This document shows, in pieces, positions 27,668-36,493 of a stretch of DNA of 64,000 nt (positions are counted from its first letter, which is position 1; every line of letters starts with the position of its first letter). Location: the NCBI GenBank assembly GCA_017404515.1, contig JAFRCG010000004.1:1156-65155 (forward strand). Reading direction: 5' to 3'. The DNA comes from Candidatus Saccharimonadota bacterium. Its GTDB lineage: Bacteria; Patescibacteriota; Saccharimonadia; Saccharimonadales; Saccharimonadaceae. Below the pieces are notes generated by a model. The model did not search any database. It had not been told where the DNA came from and worked only from the letters and a program-made list of their open reading frames with translations. Both the position numbers and the translations under genes were made by a program.

Positions 27668-29809
27668 TTATGCGTCCCTAATAAAGCGATAGGTCTTTTT
27701 TACAAGACGCTTAGCTTTGCGAAGAGCTCTACGAGAGAATCCAGCTTTAACTAGCTCTGAGGCGGACGGCAACTCGCTAAATGTCACTTGTTTGACCAAG
27801 GTACTATCTGCCGCTAATGCTTCGTCAGATGCCAACAAGGCGGCCTTGGTGTAACTTTTCTTGATGTTTTTAGCCTCGTTAGGAATATTTTTATTGGCAA
27901 ATTTTTTGTCGATAATATCTACAAATTGCTGGTAGCCTTTTTCTATCGGGTAGTTCTGCATATATTTATAGCCGGCATCCCCCATAGTTTTTTGTAATTT
28001 TTGATCGGAAAAGATTTTGACAATAGCTGTGGCAATAGCTGCTGGGTTTGGCTCCGCCAAAAGACAACCATCTTCTGGCAAGTCATACAAATTGTTTTCA
28101 TGGTATAATTCAACGACTGGCAAGCCAGCTGCCATCATCTCGAATGGGATACGAGACGGATTGGAGGCGCTCATACAGAGACCAACACTGCACTTATTAT
28201 ATAGTTTATTACACTCTTTTTCTGTAATCGTACCGAGGTGGGTGGCTTTTAGATTATGGACTCTACGACGAGCGGAGCCATAGAGATAAATTTTGATTTC
28301 TGGATTAATTTTTTGAGCAATCTGTAGAGCCCTAAGTGCCATTTTATCGCAACGGCGTGGTTTGCCTGGTTGAAAAATTAGACAGATAGCTTTTTCTTTT
28401 TTAGTATTTTTTATCCTGTAATATTTTTTCAGATCGGCACAAAAATTGAAATAAGTAGTAGGCGTAGGATAGTTACCGCCAATTTTAGAAGAAAGCCACT
28501 TGCCAATAGTTACGCCTTGCAAGCCATATGAATAAGTCTGCTCGGCCATTATATATTCACTGCTCATTGGGAAAAACCAAGGCTCAAAATCTTGGATAAA
28601 GTACATTTTTTTATCACAGTCGGCCCTAGAGACGGTCTCTGCAGTATCCCAACCAGTAGCGATTACCATATCATATTTCTTGGCTAGTTGATATCCAGCA
28701 AACACATCCCCTTTGAACTCACCGTAGTCATCAATAATACGATCATAAATTTGGTTTGGATATTCTTTTTTCAAACTCTGAACATACATATCACATTTGT
28801 AGCCGTGGTCAACTAGGTGATTGATATTGGTGAAGATAGTACGATGTCCGCCAGATCCTTTAGAAAACCATGGTACAATCCAGGCGATATTGCCTTTTGT
28901 GCCTTTGTTCTTTTCATTTTCGACAAACCCCATGCCACGCCTCCTTACTAATTGCCACTCCAATCTATCTTTATTTAACTTATATTTTTTACTGATGCTT
29001 TCTTGAACTTTAACAACTTCTCCGTATTCAATATTCAATTTTACAACCGTAGAAGCGGAGCCTTTATCGTGCTTACGATAATAATTAAGTGGTTTTGCGC
29101 TATAGGCAATATCACCATATTCTAATACGCGAGAATATATATACCAATCCCCAGCGACTTTGTATTCTTTAGCTTCTTCGAAAATACTATTTAGCTGCTT
29201 GATATTTTTCCAAACTACACTGGAAACATTCATAATGGGATTGGTACCAGAAAGATAGTTAATGATTTCATCTTTACCGTCATTATAAAAATCGGTACTA
29301 TACCTACCAGAACGCCACATATCCATCCAATCAGTACAAGTTCTACTCTTGATAACATTGTCTTGATTAATGCGATATGAATCGGAATAAAATAGCACGG
29401 CTTTGCTATTTTCGGAAAACTTTTCCATCGCAGTTTCTAGAAAATGCGCGTCGCAGCTGTCATCGGCTTCGGCAATCCAAATATAATCGCCAGTGGCAAG
29501 TTTTAGCCCTTTTTGCCACTGAGAGAAGACACAGCCACCACTGTTTTTCTTATTAGGAGCAAAAACTACTTTGATTTTTGGATAAGATTTTTTTATGCTG
29601 GCAATTTTTTTCTCAATTATTTCTACACTATCATCAGTAGATGCATCATCAAGAATGATAAGCTCGTAAATAGGGTAGGTCTGGAATAATACAGAATCGA
29701 TGCGTTCAATAATAAAATCAGCGTAGTTGTAATTTGGAATAATGGCAGAAACTTTTTTTTCTGGGGTTAAAGACTTTCTGATACGATTGGAGTAAATATT
29801 AACTTTCAT
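27668..29809 (-). CDS. two-domain glycosyltransferase (N-terminal GT2 + C-terminal GT-B/GT4-like), candidate polymerising (rhamnosyl)transferase
   Basis: 713 aa. The N-domain has VSAIIPNYNYADFI...ILDDASTDDS...AEADDS. The C-half has IAWIVPWFSKGSGGHRT and SNPSRIPFEMMAAGLPVVE, a GT-B E-x7-E-like region. Confidence 0.75.
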   Translation of the reverse strand: MKVNIYSNRIRKSLTPEKKVSAIIPNYNYADFIIERIDSVLFQTYPIYELIILDDASTDDSVEIIEKKIASIKKSYPKIKVVFAPNKKNSGGCVFSQWQKGLKLATGDYIWIAEADDSCDAHFLETAMEKFSENSKAVLFYSDSYRINQDNVIKSRTCTDWMDMWRSGRYSTDFYNDGKDEIINYLSGTNPIMNVSSVVWKNIKQLNSIFEEAKEYKVAGDWYIYSRVLEYGDIAYSAKPLNYYRKHDKGSASTVVKLNIEYGEVVKVQESISKKYKLNKDRLEWQLVRRRGMGFVENEKNKGTKGNIAWIVPWFSKGSGGHRTIFTNINHLVDHGYKCDMYVQSLKKEYPNQIYDRIIDDYGEFKGDVFAGYQLAKKYDMVIATGWDTAETVSRADCDKKMYFIQDFEPWFFPMSSEYIMAEQTYSYGLQGVTIGKWLSSKIGGNYPTPTTYFNFCADLKKYYRIKNTKKEKAICLIFQPGKPRRCDKMALRALQIAQKINPEIKIYLYGSARRRVHNLKATHLGTITEKECNKLYNKCSVGLCMSASNPSRIPFEMMAAGLPVVELYHENNLYDLPEDGCLLAEPNPAAIATAIVKIFSDQKLQKTMGDAGYKYMQNYPIEKGYQQFVDIIDKKFANKNIPNEAKNIKKSYTKAALLASDEALAADSTLVKQVTFSELPSASELVKAGFSRRALRKAKRLVKKTYRFIRDA

Positions 29810-29865
29810 TTTTTAATTATAACACATAACAGACAAAACATGATAGAATGAAGTAAAGGACATAT

Positions 29866-30792
29866 ATGAGCTACTACATCGCAAATGCACCAAAAAACCT
29901 TCTTTCCGTGAAAGAAGAAGCAAACAAATACCACAGAGACAATTACTCCGTTGACATGAATAATAAGAATAGCTCACACACTATAATGGTGGAAGAAGCT
30001 ATGGGTTCGAAGCGAATTTTGGATGTAGGCTGCGGTTCTGGTTGTATTGGAACAAAAATAAAAGAGCTTCAAAAATGTATTGTCGATGGGATAGAAATTG
30101 ACAAGGAAGCATACAAGATTGCAGAAAAAACATTGGATAAAGTTTATTTAATGCCAGTAGATGATGAAAAAAATTCAAACTTTAAAGCCTTTATGGCTGA
30201 TTCAAAAAAATATGACTGCATTATTTGTGCAGATATAATTGAACACTTGGTAGATCCTGGAAAAACTATCTTTAATCTCTCAAAAAAACTTTCTCCAAAG
30301 GGTAAAATTTTAATTAGTATCCCGAACTTATCTCATATTGATGTAATTTCCGGGTTGATTGATGGAAAATTTAATTATAGTAAGGTCGGGATTTTAGATA
30401 GTACACATCTGAAATTCTGGACGGAAAATTCCTTTTATGAGTTTATCGCAAATGTGAACGAGACATATGGCATTAATTTTACCCCGCGCTTAGTCGGGAA
30501 GACTACTGCAACAGATGAAACAATCGAGACTGGTTTTTTGGAAGATGTATGCGGAAAAGAACTATATACTTTCCAAAATATATTTGAATTAACTTTTGGA
30601 AAGAAAAAATTTGTGCCAAAAGCTAAAACCATCAACAACTACAAAAAGATCTTACAAATTGGCGAGAATGAAAAGCGTCTGAAAAGCGAATTGGCAGCGC
30701 GTGAAAAAACCATTCGTGACATGGAAAACAGTTTGAGCTGGAAGATAACGGAACCACTCCGTAAAATTAACGCCATATTCAAGAAAAATTAG
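29866..30792 (+). CDS. class I SAM-dependent methyltransferase with a C-terminal coiled-coil tail
   Basis: The SAM motif I is ILDVGCGSGCIG. The tail reads ENEKRLKSELAAREKTIRDMENSLSWKITEPLRKI. Confidence 0.75.
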   Translation: MSYYIANAPKNLLSVKEEANKYHRDNYSVDMNNKNSSHTIMVEEAMGSKRILDVGCGSGCIGTKIKELQKCIVDGIEIDKEAYKIAEKTLDKVYLMPVDDEKNSNFKAFMADSKKYDCIICADIIEHLVDPGKTIFNLSKKLSPKGKILISIPNLSHIDVISGLIDGKFNYSKVGILDSTHLKFWTENSFYEFIANVNETYGINFTPRLVGKTTATDETIETGFLEDVCGKELYTFQNIFELTFGKKKFVPKAKTINNYKKILQIGENEKRLKSELAAREKTIRDMENSLSWKITEPLRKINAIFKKN

Positions 30793-30812
30793 TTATATAG
30801 TATAATAAGAAT

Positions 30813-31751
30813 ATGAAGAAAACCTTATATATTGTTGTCCCCTGCTATAATGAGGAAGAGTGTTTAAACGAGACTACAAAGCGCCTTTCCAAGAAATTGG
30901 ACAATTTAGTAGAAGCTAATGTAATCGACAAGAAAAGCAGAATTGTCTATGTAGATGACGGCTCAAAGGATAAAACTTGGGAAAAAATTGAGAGCTTTGG
31001 CGGTCCAGTAATTGGAGTGAAGCTTTCTCGAAACCGCGGACATCAGAATGCCTTACTAGCTGGCTTGATGTATGCTAAAGAGCACGCTGATGTAGTGATT
31101 TCAATGGACGCGGATTTGCAAGATGATATTGATGCGATTGATAAAATGCTGGACAAATTTGCAGATGGATATGAGATAGTATACGGTGTTAGGAGTGAAC
31201 GCAAAAACGATACTACTTTTAAACGCAACACCGCATTAGCATTCTATAAATTAATGAATAAACTTGGTGCTGAGGTGGTATATAATTCGGCAGATTATCG
31301 TTTAATGAGCAAGCGCGCGTTAGAAGAATTGGCGGAATATAAGGAAGTTAATCTTTTTCTACGCGGACTAGTACCATTGATTGGTCTGAAATCAACAAAG
31401 GTTGAATATCCACGGGCAGAAAGATTTGCAGGCGAAAGTAAATATCCTCTGAAGAAAATGGTTAAATTTGCGTGGGATGGTATTACCTCTTTTTCTATAA
31501 AGCCAATTCGTATGATATTGTGGTTGGGAGTAATAATATTCTTTATTAGCTTGGTCATTACATTATATGCACTAATTATGAAGCTTTTAGGAAATGTCGT
31601 TAGCGGGTGGACATTCATAATCTGTTCAATTTGGATTTTGGGCGGATTACAAATGATATCACTTGGTTTAGTTGGTGAATATATCGGTAAAATTTATGCT
31701 GAAAGTAAGCATAGACCAAGATATACAATTGAAAAAATTATTGGCGAGTAG
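30813..31751 (+). CDS. GtrB/DPM1-like GT2 polyprenyl-phosphate glycosyltransferase
   Basis: LYIVVPCYNEEE, YVDDGSKD, SMDADLQDD, and two C-terminal TM helices. Confidence 0.85.
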   Translation: MKKTLYIVVPCYNEEECLNETTKRLSKKLDNLVEANVIDKKSRIVYVDDGSKDKTWEKIESFGGPVIGVKLSRNRGHQNALLAGLMYAKEHADVVISMDADLQDDIDAIDKMLDKFADGYEIVYGVRSERKNDTTFKRNTALAFYKLMNKLGAEVVYNSADYRLMSKRALEELAEYKEVNLFLRGLVPLIGLKSTKVEYPRAERFAGESKYPLKKMVKFAWDGITSFSIKPIRMILWLGVIIFFISLVITLYALIMKLLGNVVSGWTFIICSIWILGGLQMISLGLVGEYIGKIYAESKHRPRYTIEKIIGE

Positions 31752-33234
31752 CTAATCTTTTTGTAACTAGTTTAGATATGGCATCCAGACTAAACACGAA
31801 GAACACCAACATTAACGGTAGATAATTAATTAGATAGCGTGATCTAGTCTCCCATATTAGCAAGAATAATATAAGGCCAAGCAACGAAAGTTTGATTACG
31901 GCTATGATAGATTGGCTGCTTCGCGTGAGGAACGCGCCAATAATAATGCCAGCCAGTAGTAGTATTTGCATGCCATTCATAAAAATATTGTAAGCGGCAA
32001 AATATTCGCCGTCACCAGAAAAGATTTTATAAAGTAGTAATTCTGGATGACTTGGTTCGCGTCGTAGTTTATCGGATACATAATAAGTTCCATCTCCCCA
32101 AGTAAAGGCAACTTTTCGCGAAAGGAAGCCAAGATAGTTAAGCGGCCCATATTCGCTTAATCTTTGTTTTATGACTTCAATATGTACAGATGTGAGGTCC
32201 TTGCCGTCGTCTAGGCCAGCATATGTGATATCTTGGTAATCTTCCATGTTAAAACCACCATAATTTTTTAGGCCCATCATTATCCAGTGTGTTTTAGGTA
32301 TCAAAAGTGATGGGTTGGTAATTCTTTTGCTTATATTTGAAACTATAATGCATGACGGAATAAAAATAATTGCGATACAAGCTGTAGAAACTGCAAACTT
32401 CTTAAAATTAAACTTTTTATTAATAAACAAAGCAAACAGTGCTAATGCAATAATTAAAATAATAGATGTGGCTTTAGTTTGGTATCCGCAAAAACATATT
32501 AATCCGAAAATTAATGACAGAATGATGCGTTTTTTGGATGATATTTTACTGTCAAATAGAAAAAGGGACAGATAAAAACACCCTGTAACAAAGAGCATGG
32601 AGATGGTGTCGGAATAGAAAATTGGAGTGTATAATATAATTGGCGAGAAAAGCAAAAATAGGATAAGACTAAAAATAGCTTTCCTTGTTCCGAGTAGTTT
32701 TTTTACTATAAGATAAGTTAGCAAAATTGTACCAAGAATGCAAAAGAGATTAAATAGCATTAAAACAATATCTGGATAAGGAAAGAACGATGTCAATTTA
32801 ATAATAGCCGTAAAACACCCCAATAAAAAAGCCTGGAATGGAAAATTAGAGATGTAGCCATATTCATTGCCGACATCGCCATGGTATGCCATGTTCATAG
32901 CGGCATTGTATATGTGCCCCACATCCCAAGTGGGCCGAACCCTGAGAAGTAATATTGCTATTATTCCAACTACCATAAAAAAGATTAGGGCGGAAGCAAC
33001 TATGACGACTTCTTTCTTTGTTGAAAGTTTGGAGGTGTTTTTAGTAAACTTACGATAAAGGAAAAACAAGCCCGCGCCAAAGAGAATAGCAATTAGCAGG
33101 CTGATAATTGGGTTGTTGACATTCAAAGAATATCTGCCGCCATCAACAAAAAACACACAAAATATAATGACTACAAAGGTGGCCAAAAAAATCCAGGAAA
33201 TTGTTTTTGAGAGTATTTTTTTAGTTTTTTCCAT
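31738..33234 (-). CDS. GT-C fold glycosyltransferase (ArnT/PMT-like, GT39/GT83-like)
   Basis: 498 aa with more than 10 TM helices. It is convergent with, and 14 nt overlapping, the GtrB-like gene. The GtrB/GT-C pairing is typical of extracytoplasmic glycan decoration. Confidence 0.65.
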   Translation of the reverse strand: MEKTKKILSKTISWIFLATFVVIIFCVFFVDGGRYSLNVNNPIISLLIAILFGAGLFFLYRKFTKNTSKLSTKKEVVIVASALIFFMVVGIIAILLLRVRPTWDVGHIYNAAMNMAYHGDVGNEYGYISNFPFQAFLLGCFTAIIKLTSFFPYPDIVLMLFNLFCILGTILLTYLIVKKLLGTRKAIFSLILFLLFSPIILYTPIFYSDTISMLFVTGCFYLSLFLFDSKISSKKRIILSLIFGLICFCGYQTKATSIILIIALALFALFINKKFNFKKFAVSTACIAIIFIPSCIIVSNISKRITNPSLLIPKTHWIMMGLKNYGGFNMEDYQDITYAGLDDGKDLTSVHIEVIKQRLSEYGPLNYLGFLSRKVAFTWGDGTYYVSDKLRREPSHPELLLYKIFSGDGEYFAAYNIFMNGMQILLLAGIIIGAFLTRSSQSIIAVIKLSLLGLILFLLIWETRSRYLINYLPLMLVFFVFSLDAISKLVTKRLATRQ

Positions 33235-33250
33235 CTCTCAATATTATAGC

Positions 33251-35845
33251 TTATATCTTGGTGAAAAGCCACTGTTGGTTGGCGTTATTATGATTGCCCC
33301 AAAGTTGAATGTTTGCGCCTGCGCTATTTCTAGCGCCTTCTATGTCTAGCGAAAAATCAGTATTGCAAGCGGATGCTATACGATAGTAATTCCCATCCGC
33401 TTTAGTAATTCCCCATTGCTGGGCACAACTTGAATTGCCGGACCAAATTTCTAGATTGGTGCCATTTCTGGCAATAGCTCCAGTGGCGTCAAGATTTCTC
33501 TTAGTGGCAGCGTTATATATAGTATAAAAACCAGTGCCCGTATCAAAAGTAATTTTGAACTGTTGGTTTGCACCTTTATGAAGTGACCAAACTCCGACAT
33601 TTATGCCATTAGCAGCTGAGTTTCCAAAAATATCCATGGCAAGATTTTGATTCATCTTTGAGGTAATTATGTATGTGCCATTATCGATTGCTCCTTTTGC
33701 ATCCTGGTTAGTATCGGTAATAGACCATCTTTGATTGCGGCCACCATTTAACATCCAAACTCCTACATTGGAGCCATTGGAAGTTCCAGCGCCAAAAACA
33801 TCAATGGCGTTTCTTTGACAAGTAGACACAATATAGTATTGGCCGCCTGTTGGTATTAATATCCAGCGTTGAGCACACCCGCTACCAGCGGAATAAACCT
33901 GGAGATTAGCACCATTAGCCCCACCTGATGCCGTGTCAAGATAGCGATTAGCTCCAACACTTTTTATTGTGTAATACCCTGTGCTAGCTTCATATGTAAA
34001 CTGATATTTTTGGTTATCAGCACCATTTCTTCTCCATAAATGAACGTTAGTGCCATTTGTGTAGGCTCGGCTTCCATTCACATCTAGACGGAGATTGTCG
34101 CCAAGAGCAGAGTTAATTGCATAAACACCATCAGGTATTGGCTGAGCTAAAACTGGCGTAGCAGTAATGGTCCATTTCTGTGCATTGGATGAATTGTCGG
34201 TCCAGAGTTGCACTCTAGCCCCATTTGTAGCAACATTGGCCTGATTAATATCTATTGTTTTACCAGAACAAGAGCTTCTTAGCTTGTAATAATTTCCGCT
34301 TTTCTCGATAGCCCATCTTTGGTTGCAATTATTAGCATCTAGTTTATCCAAAAATACATTTGCCCCATCAGTTAATCCATTGGTGGCCAAATATAAACCT
34401 GTTTTACTATTTTCTAATCGATAATATCCATTTTCAAGGCGCGTAATATTAAACTTGCTTGATATTGAAGATGATTTTTCCCAGATAACCATTTTTGCAC
34501 CAGCACTATAATATTCTTGTTCTGGAGTAAATATTTTTCCGCCAGTGGACTGAAGACCATAAGTTCCATTAGAGATAGGCGCGCTGGAATAGTTTACAAA
34601 ATTCCACTGTTGGGCAACAGAATTATTTGAAGACCAAAGGTCAATTTTGGCCCCTGGACTATTAGTGCCGCCACCATGGATGTCAAGCGACTTTGTACTG
34701 AGTTCACTAGAACAAGCAGAAATTAGGCGATATCCAGAGTTAAGTGCTCGGATTAGCCATTTTTGCGAACAGCCATTATTTCCATCCCAAAGTTCGACTT
34801 TTGTTCCGTCATAAGTCTCGTTGTTGTAAACATCTAAGTATTTTTTAGTTTTAATATTTTGAAAACGATAATATTTACCATCTTTTATGGCTCTAAACTT
34901 CTGTAAATCATCATCAGAATTAGCATTGGCAACTACTGCTGAGCTGCCATTATTATTGCCCTCAAAAGACAATGATAAATTATCGACTGTGCGTAATTGA
35001 TAAATGTCTTCAGGCAAATATATACCTACTAGCTCTTTACCATGAGTATCTCCAAACCATTTTGTGTAATAATAATAGAAATTACTATTACCATATGCGC
35101 CACAGGAAACAACCGTGCCAGGATTGGCGTTCAATACGGCATTATTTGGTTGATATGGGGTATATTGGTACAGTGCGGAAGTTGCACGGTTTTCTATATA
35201 TACAGTGGAGCCGCCACAGTTCCCATCTGGATTATATTTGACATAATTATTCCCCACTGGATAATAACGGGAGCCGTTATCTAGAATGTAACGGAATAGC
35301 TCGGCGGCATTTCTGACTTGATTTTTAAATCCATAGTATTGAGAATCACAAGCGGCAGTATCTGGACAACCATAGCCAGTAGCAGAACGATATTGGAGAT
35401 CAGAATTTGGCCAAGTGTCAGTTACTAAACCTTGTTCTTTTTCCAGTAGAACGATAATCACTTTTGGATTAATACGGTAATCATACGCGGCCTGCCAAAT
35501 AATATGTGCAGCTGATTCTCCATTGAAACTTTCGTCAGCCATACAGACAAAGTGACCGTTGACAATATGATAATTATGATTGGAATAGCGTGCAGCCTTA
35601 GATATGTCAGTGTCGTTACAAGGATTTTTAGATTTTAAAAAGCTTTGGATGCTAGATTCGGACATAGAAGAATAATCAGACATAACAGAATCAGAAATAA
35701 TATTACCAGCCTTAAATCCATTGTAAGCAGCATTGACGGCAGAAGAGTCTTGCATATTTTTGAAAGCTAAAAAGCTAAATGTAGCCATCATGAAAAATGT
35801 AAAAATCAAGAATAGTCTGTTTTTAATAGTAAATCTTCTACGCAT
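33251..35845 (-). CDS. secreted multi-domain lectin: N-terminal putative glycan-hydrolase-like domain plus ~4 ricin-B (beta-trefoil) domains
   Basis: 864 aa with a signal peptide (MRRRFTIKNRLFLIFTFFMMATFSFLAFKNM). About 12 QxW-type motifs recur at ~40-50-aa spacing (QKW, QQW, QRW, QKW, QKY, QRW, QRW, QQF, QQW, QQW...). Confidence 0.75.
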   Translation of the reverse strand: MRRRFTIKNRLFLIFTFFMMATFSFLAFKNMQDSSAVNAAYNGFKAGNIISDSVMSDYSSMSESSIQSFLKSKNPCNDTDISKAARYSNHNYHIVNGHFVCMADESFNGESAAHIIWQAAYDYRINPKVIIVLLEKEQGLVTDTWPNSDLQYRSATGYGCPDTAACDSQYYGFKNQVRNAAELFRYILDNGSRYYPVGNNYVKYNPDGNCGGSTVYIENRATSALYQYTPYQPNNAVLNANPGTVVSCGAYGNSNFYYYYTKWFGDTHGKELVGIYLPEDIYQLRTVDNLSLSFEGNNNGSSAVVANANSDDDLQKFRAIKDGKYYRFQNIKTKKYLDVYNNETYDGTKVELWDGNNGCSQKWLIRALNSGYRLISACSSELSTKSLDIHGGGTNSPGAKIDLWSSNNSVAQQWNFVNYSSAPISNGTYGLQSTGGKIFTPEQEYYSAGAKMVIWEKSSSISSKFNITRLENGYYRLENSKTGLYLATNGLTDGANVFLDKLDANNCNQRWAIEKSGNYYKLRSSCSGKTIDINQANVATNGARVQLWTDNSSNAQKWTITATPVLAQPIPDGVYAINSALGDNLRLDVNGSRAYTNGTNVHLWRRNGADNQKYQFTYEASTGYYTIKSVGANRYLDTASGGANGANLQVYSAGSGCAQRWILIPTGGQYYIVSTCQRNAIDVFGAGTSNGSNVGVWMLNGGRNQRWSITDTNQDAKGAIDNGTYIITSKMNQNLAMDIFGNSAANGINVGVWSLHKGANQQFKITFDTGTGFYTIYNAATKRNLDATGAIARNGTNLEIWSGNSSCAQQWGITKADGNYYRIASACNTDFSLDIEGARNSAGANIQLWGNHNNANQQWLFTKI

Positions 35846-36444
35846 TATAGATCTACCCCCCCGTTAATTATTCCTCTTTTATTTGAGGCTTCTACACTGG
35901 CTGTAATTTGCCAATGACCAGTGCTAATCCCTGCTGCAGATGTAGAGTAGATACAAAATGTAGCTGATGGCGTAGCTTCAGTATTGACTGAGCCGGTGAT
36001 AGTTTTCCCGGAAGTATGTGTCAAAGTAAAATTGCAGGTGCCCGAATCGCCTAGAGATTGGTCTAACATCACGCGAATAATCAATGTGCCATCGGTGACG
36101 CCGGCAGAACTAATCGTGCCCGTAATAGTGTCAAGATTATTTGGATTTTCTCCGCTGTATTGGCTGATAGAAGATTTTTCTTGTTCACGAGTGTCTGAGG
36201 ATTCTTGATTGTTTTTAGAATCGTTATTTTTGTTATCTTCTGATTGATTATTGGATGATGGGTTGTTTTCAGTATTGGCTGGCATATTGTTGCTAGTATG
36301 GAAAATAGCATCACGATTCAAAAAGATGACTACTCCTATGGCAGTTGCAATTACTATGAAAATAAGCGCCACAATGAGCACTATTCTACGCCTGCGATGA
36401 CGAGAATTTGGCTTTCTTCTAGTAATAACATTTTCTCTGGCCAT
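35845..36444 (-). CDS. membrane-anchored protein with an Asn/Ser-rich linker, unknown function
   Basis: 199 aa. A basic N-terminus and one TM helix (IVLIVALIFIVIATAIGVVIFL) precede an N/S/E-rich low-complexity linker and a ~90-aa beta-rich domain with two Cys. Confidence 0.5.
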   Translation of the reverse strand: MARENVITRRKPNSRHRRRRIVLIVALIFIVIATAIGVVIFLNRDAIFHTSNNMPANTENNPSSNNQSEDNKNNDSKNNQESSDTREQEKSSISQYSGENPNNLDTITGTISSAGVTDGTLIIRVMLDQSLGDSGTCNFTLTHTSGKTITGSVNTEATPSATFCIYSTSAAGISTGHWQITASVEASNKRGIINGGVDL

Positions 36445-36493
36445 ATTTAGTATATAGTATCACAATATTGGTAATTCCGCAAGGTGTATATGC

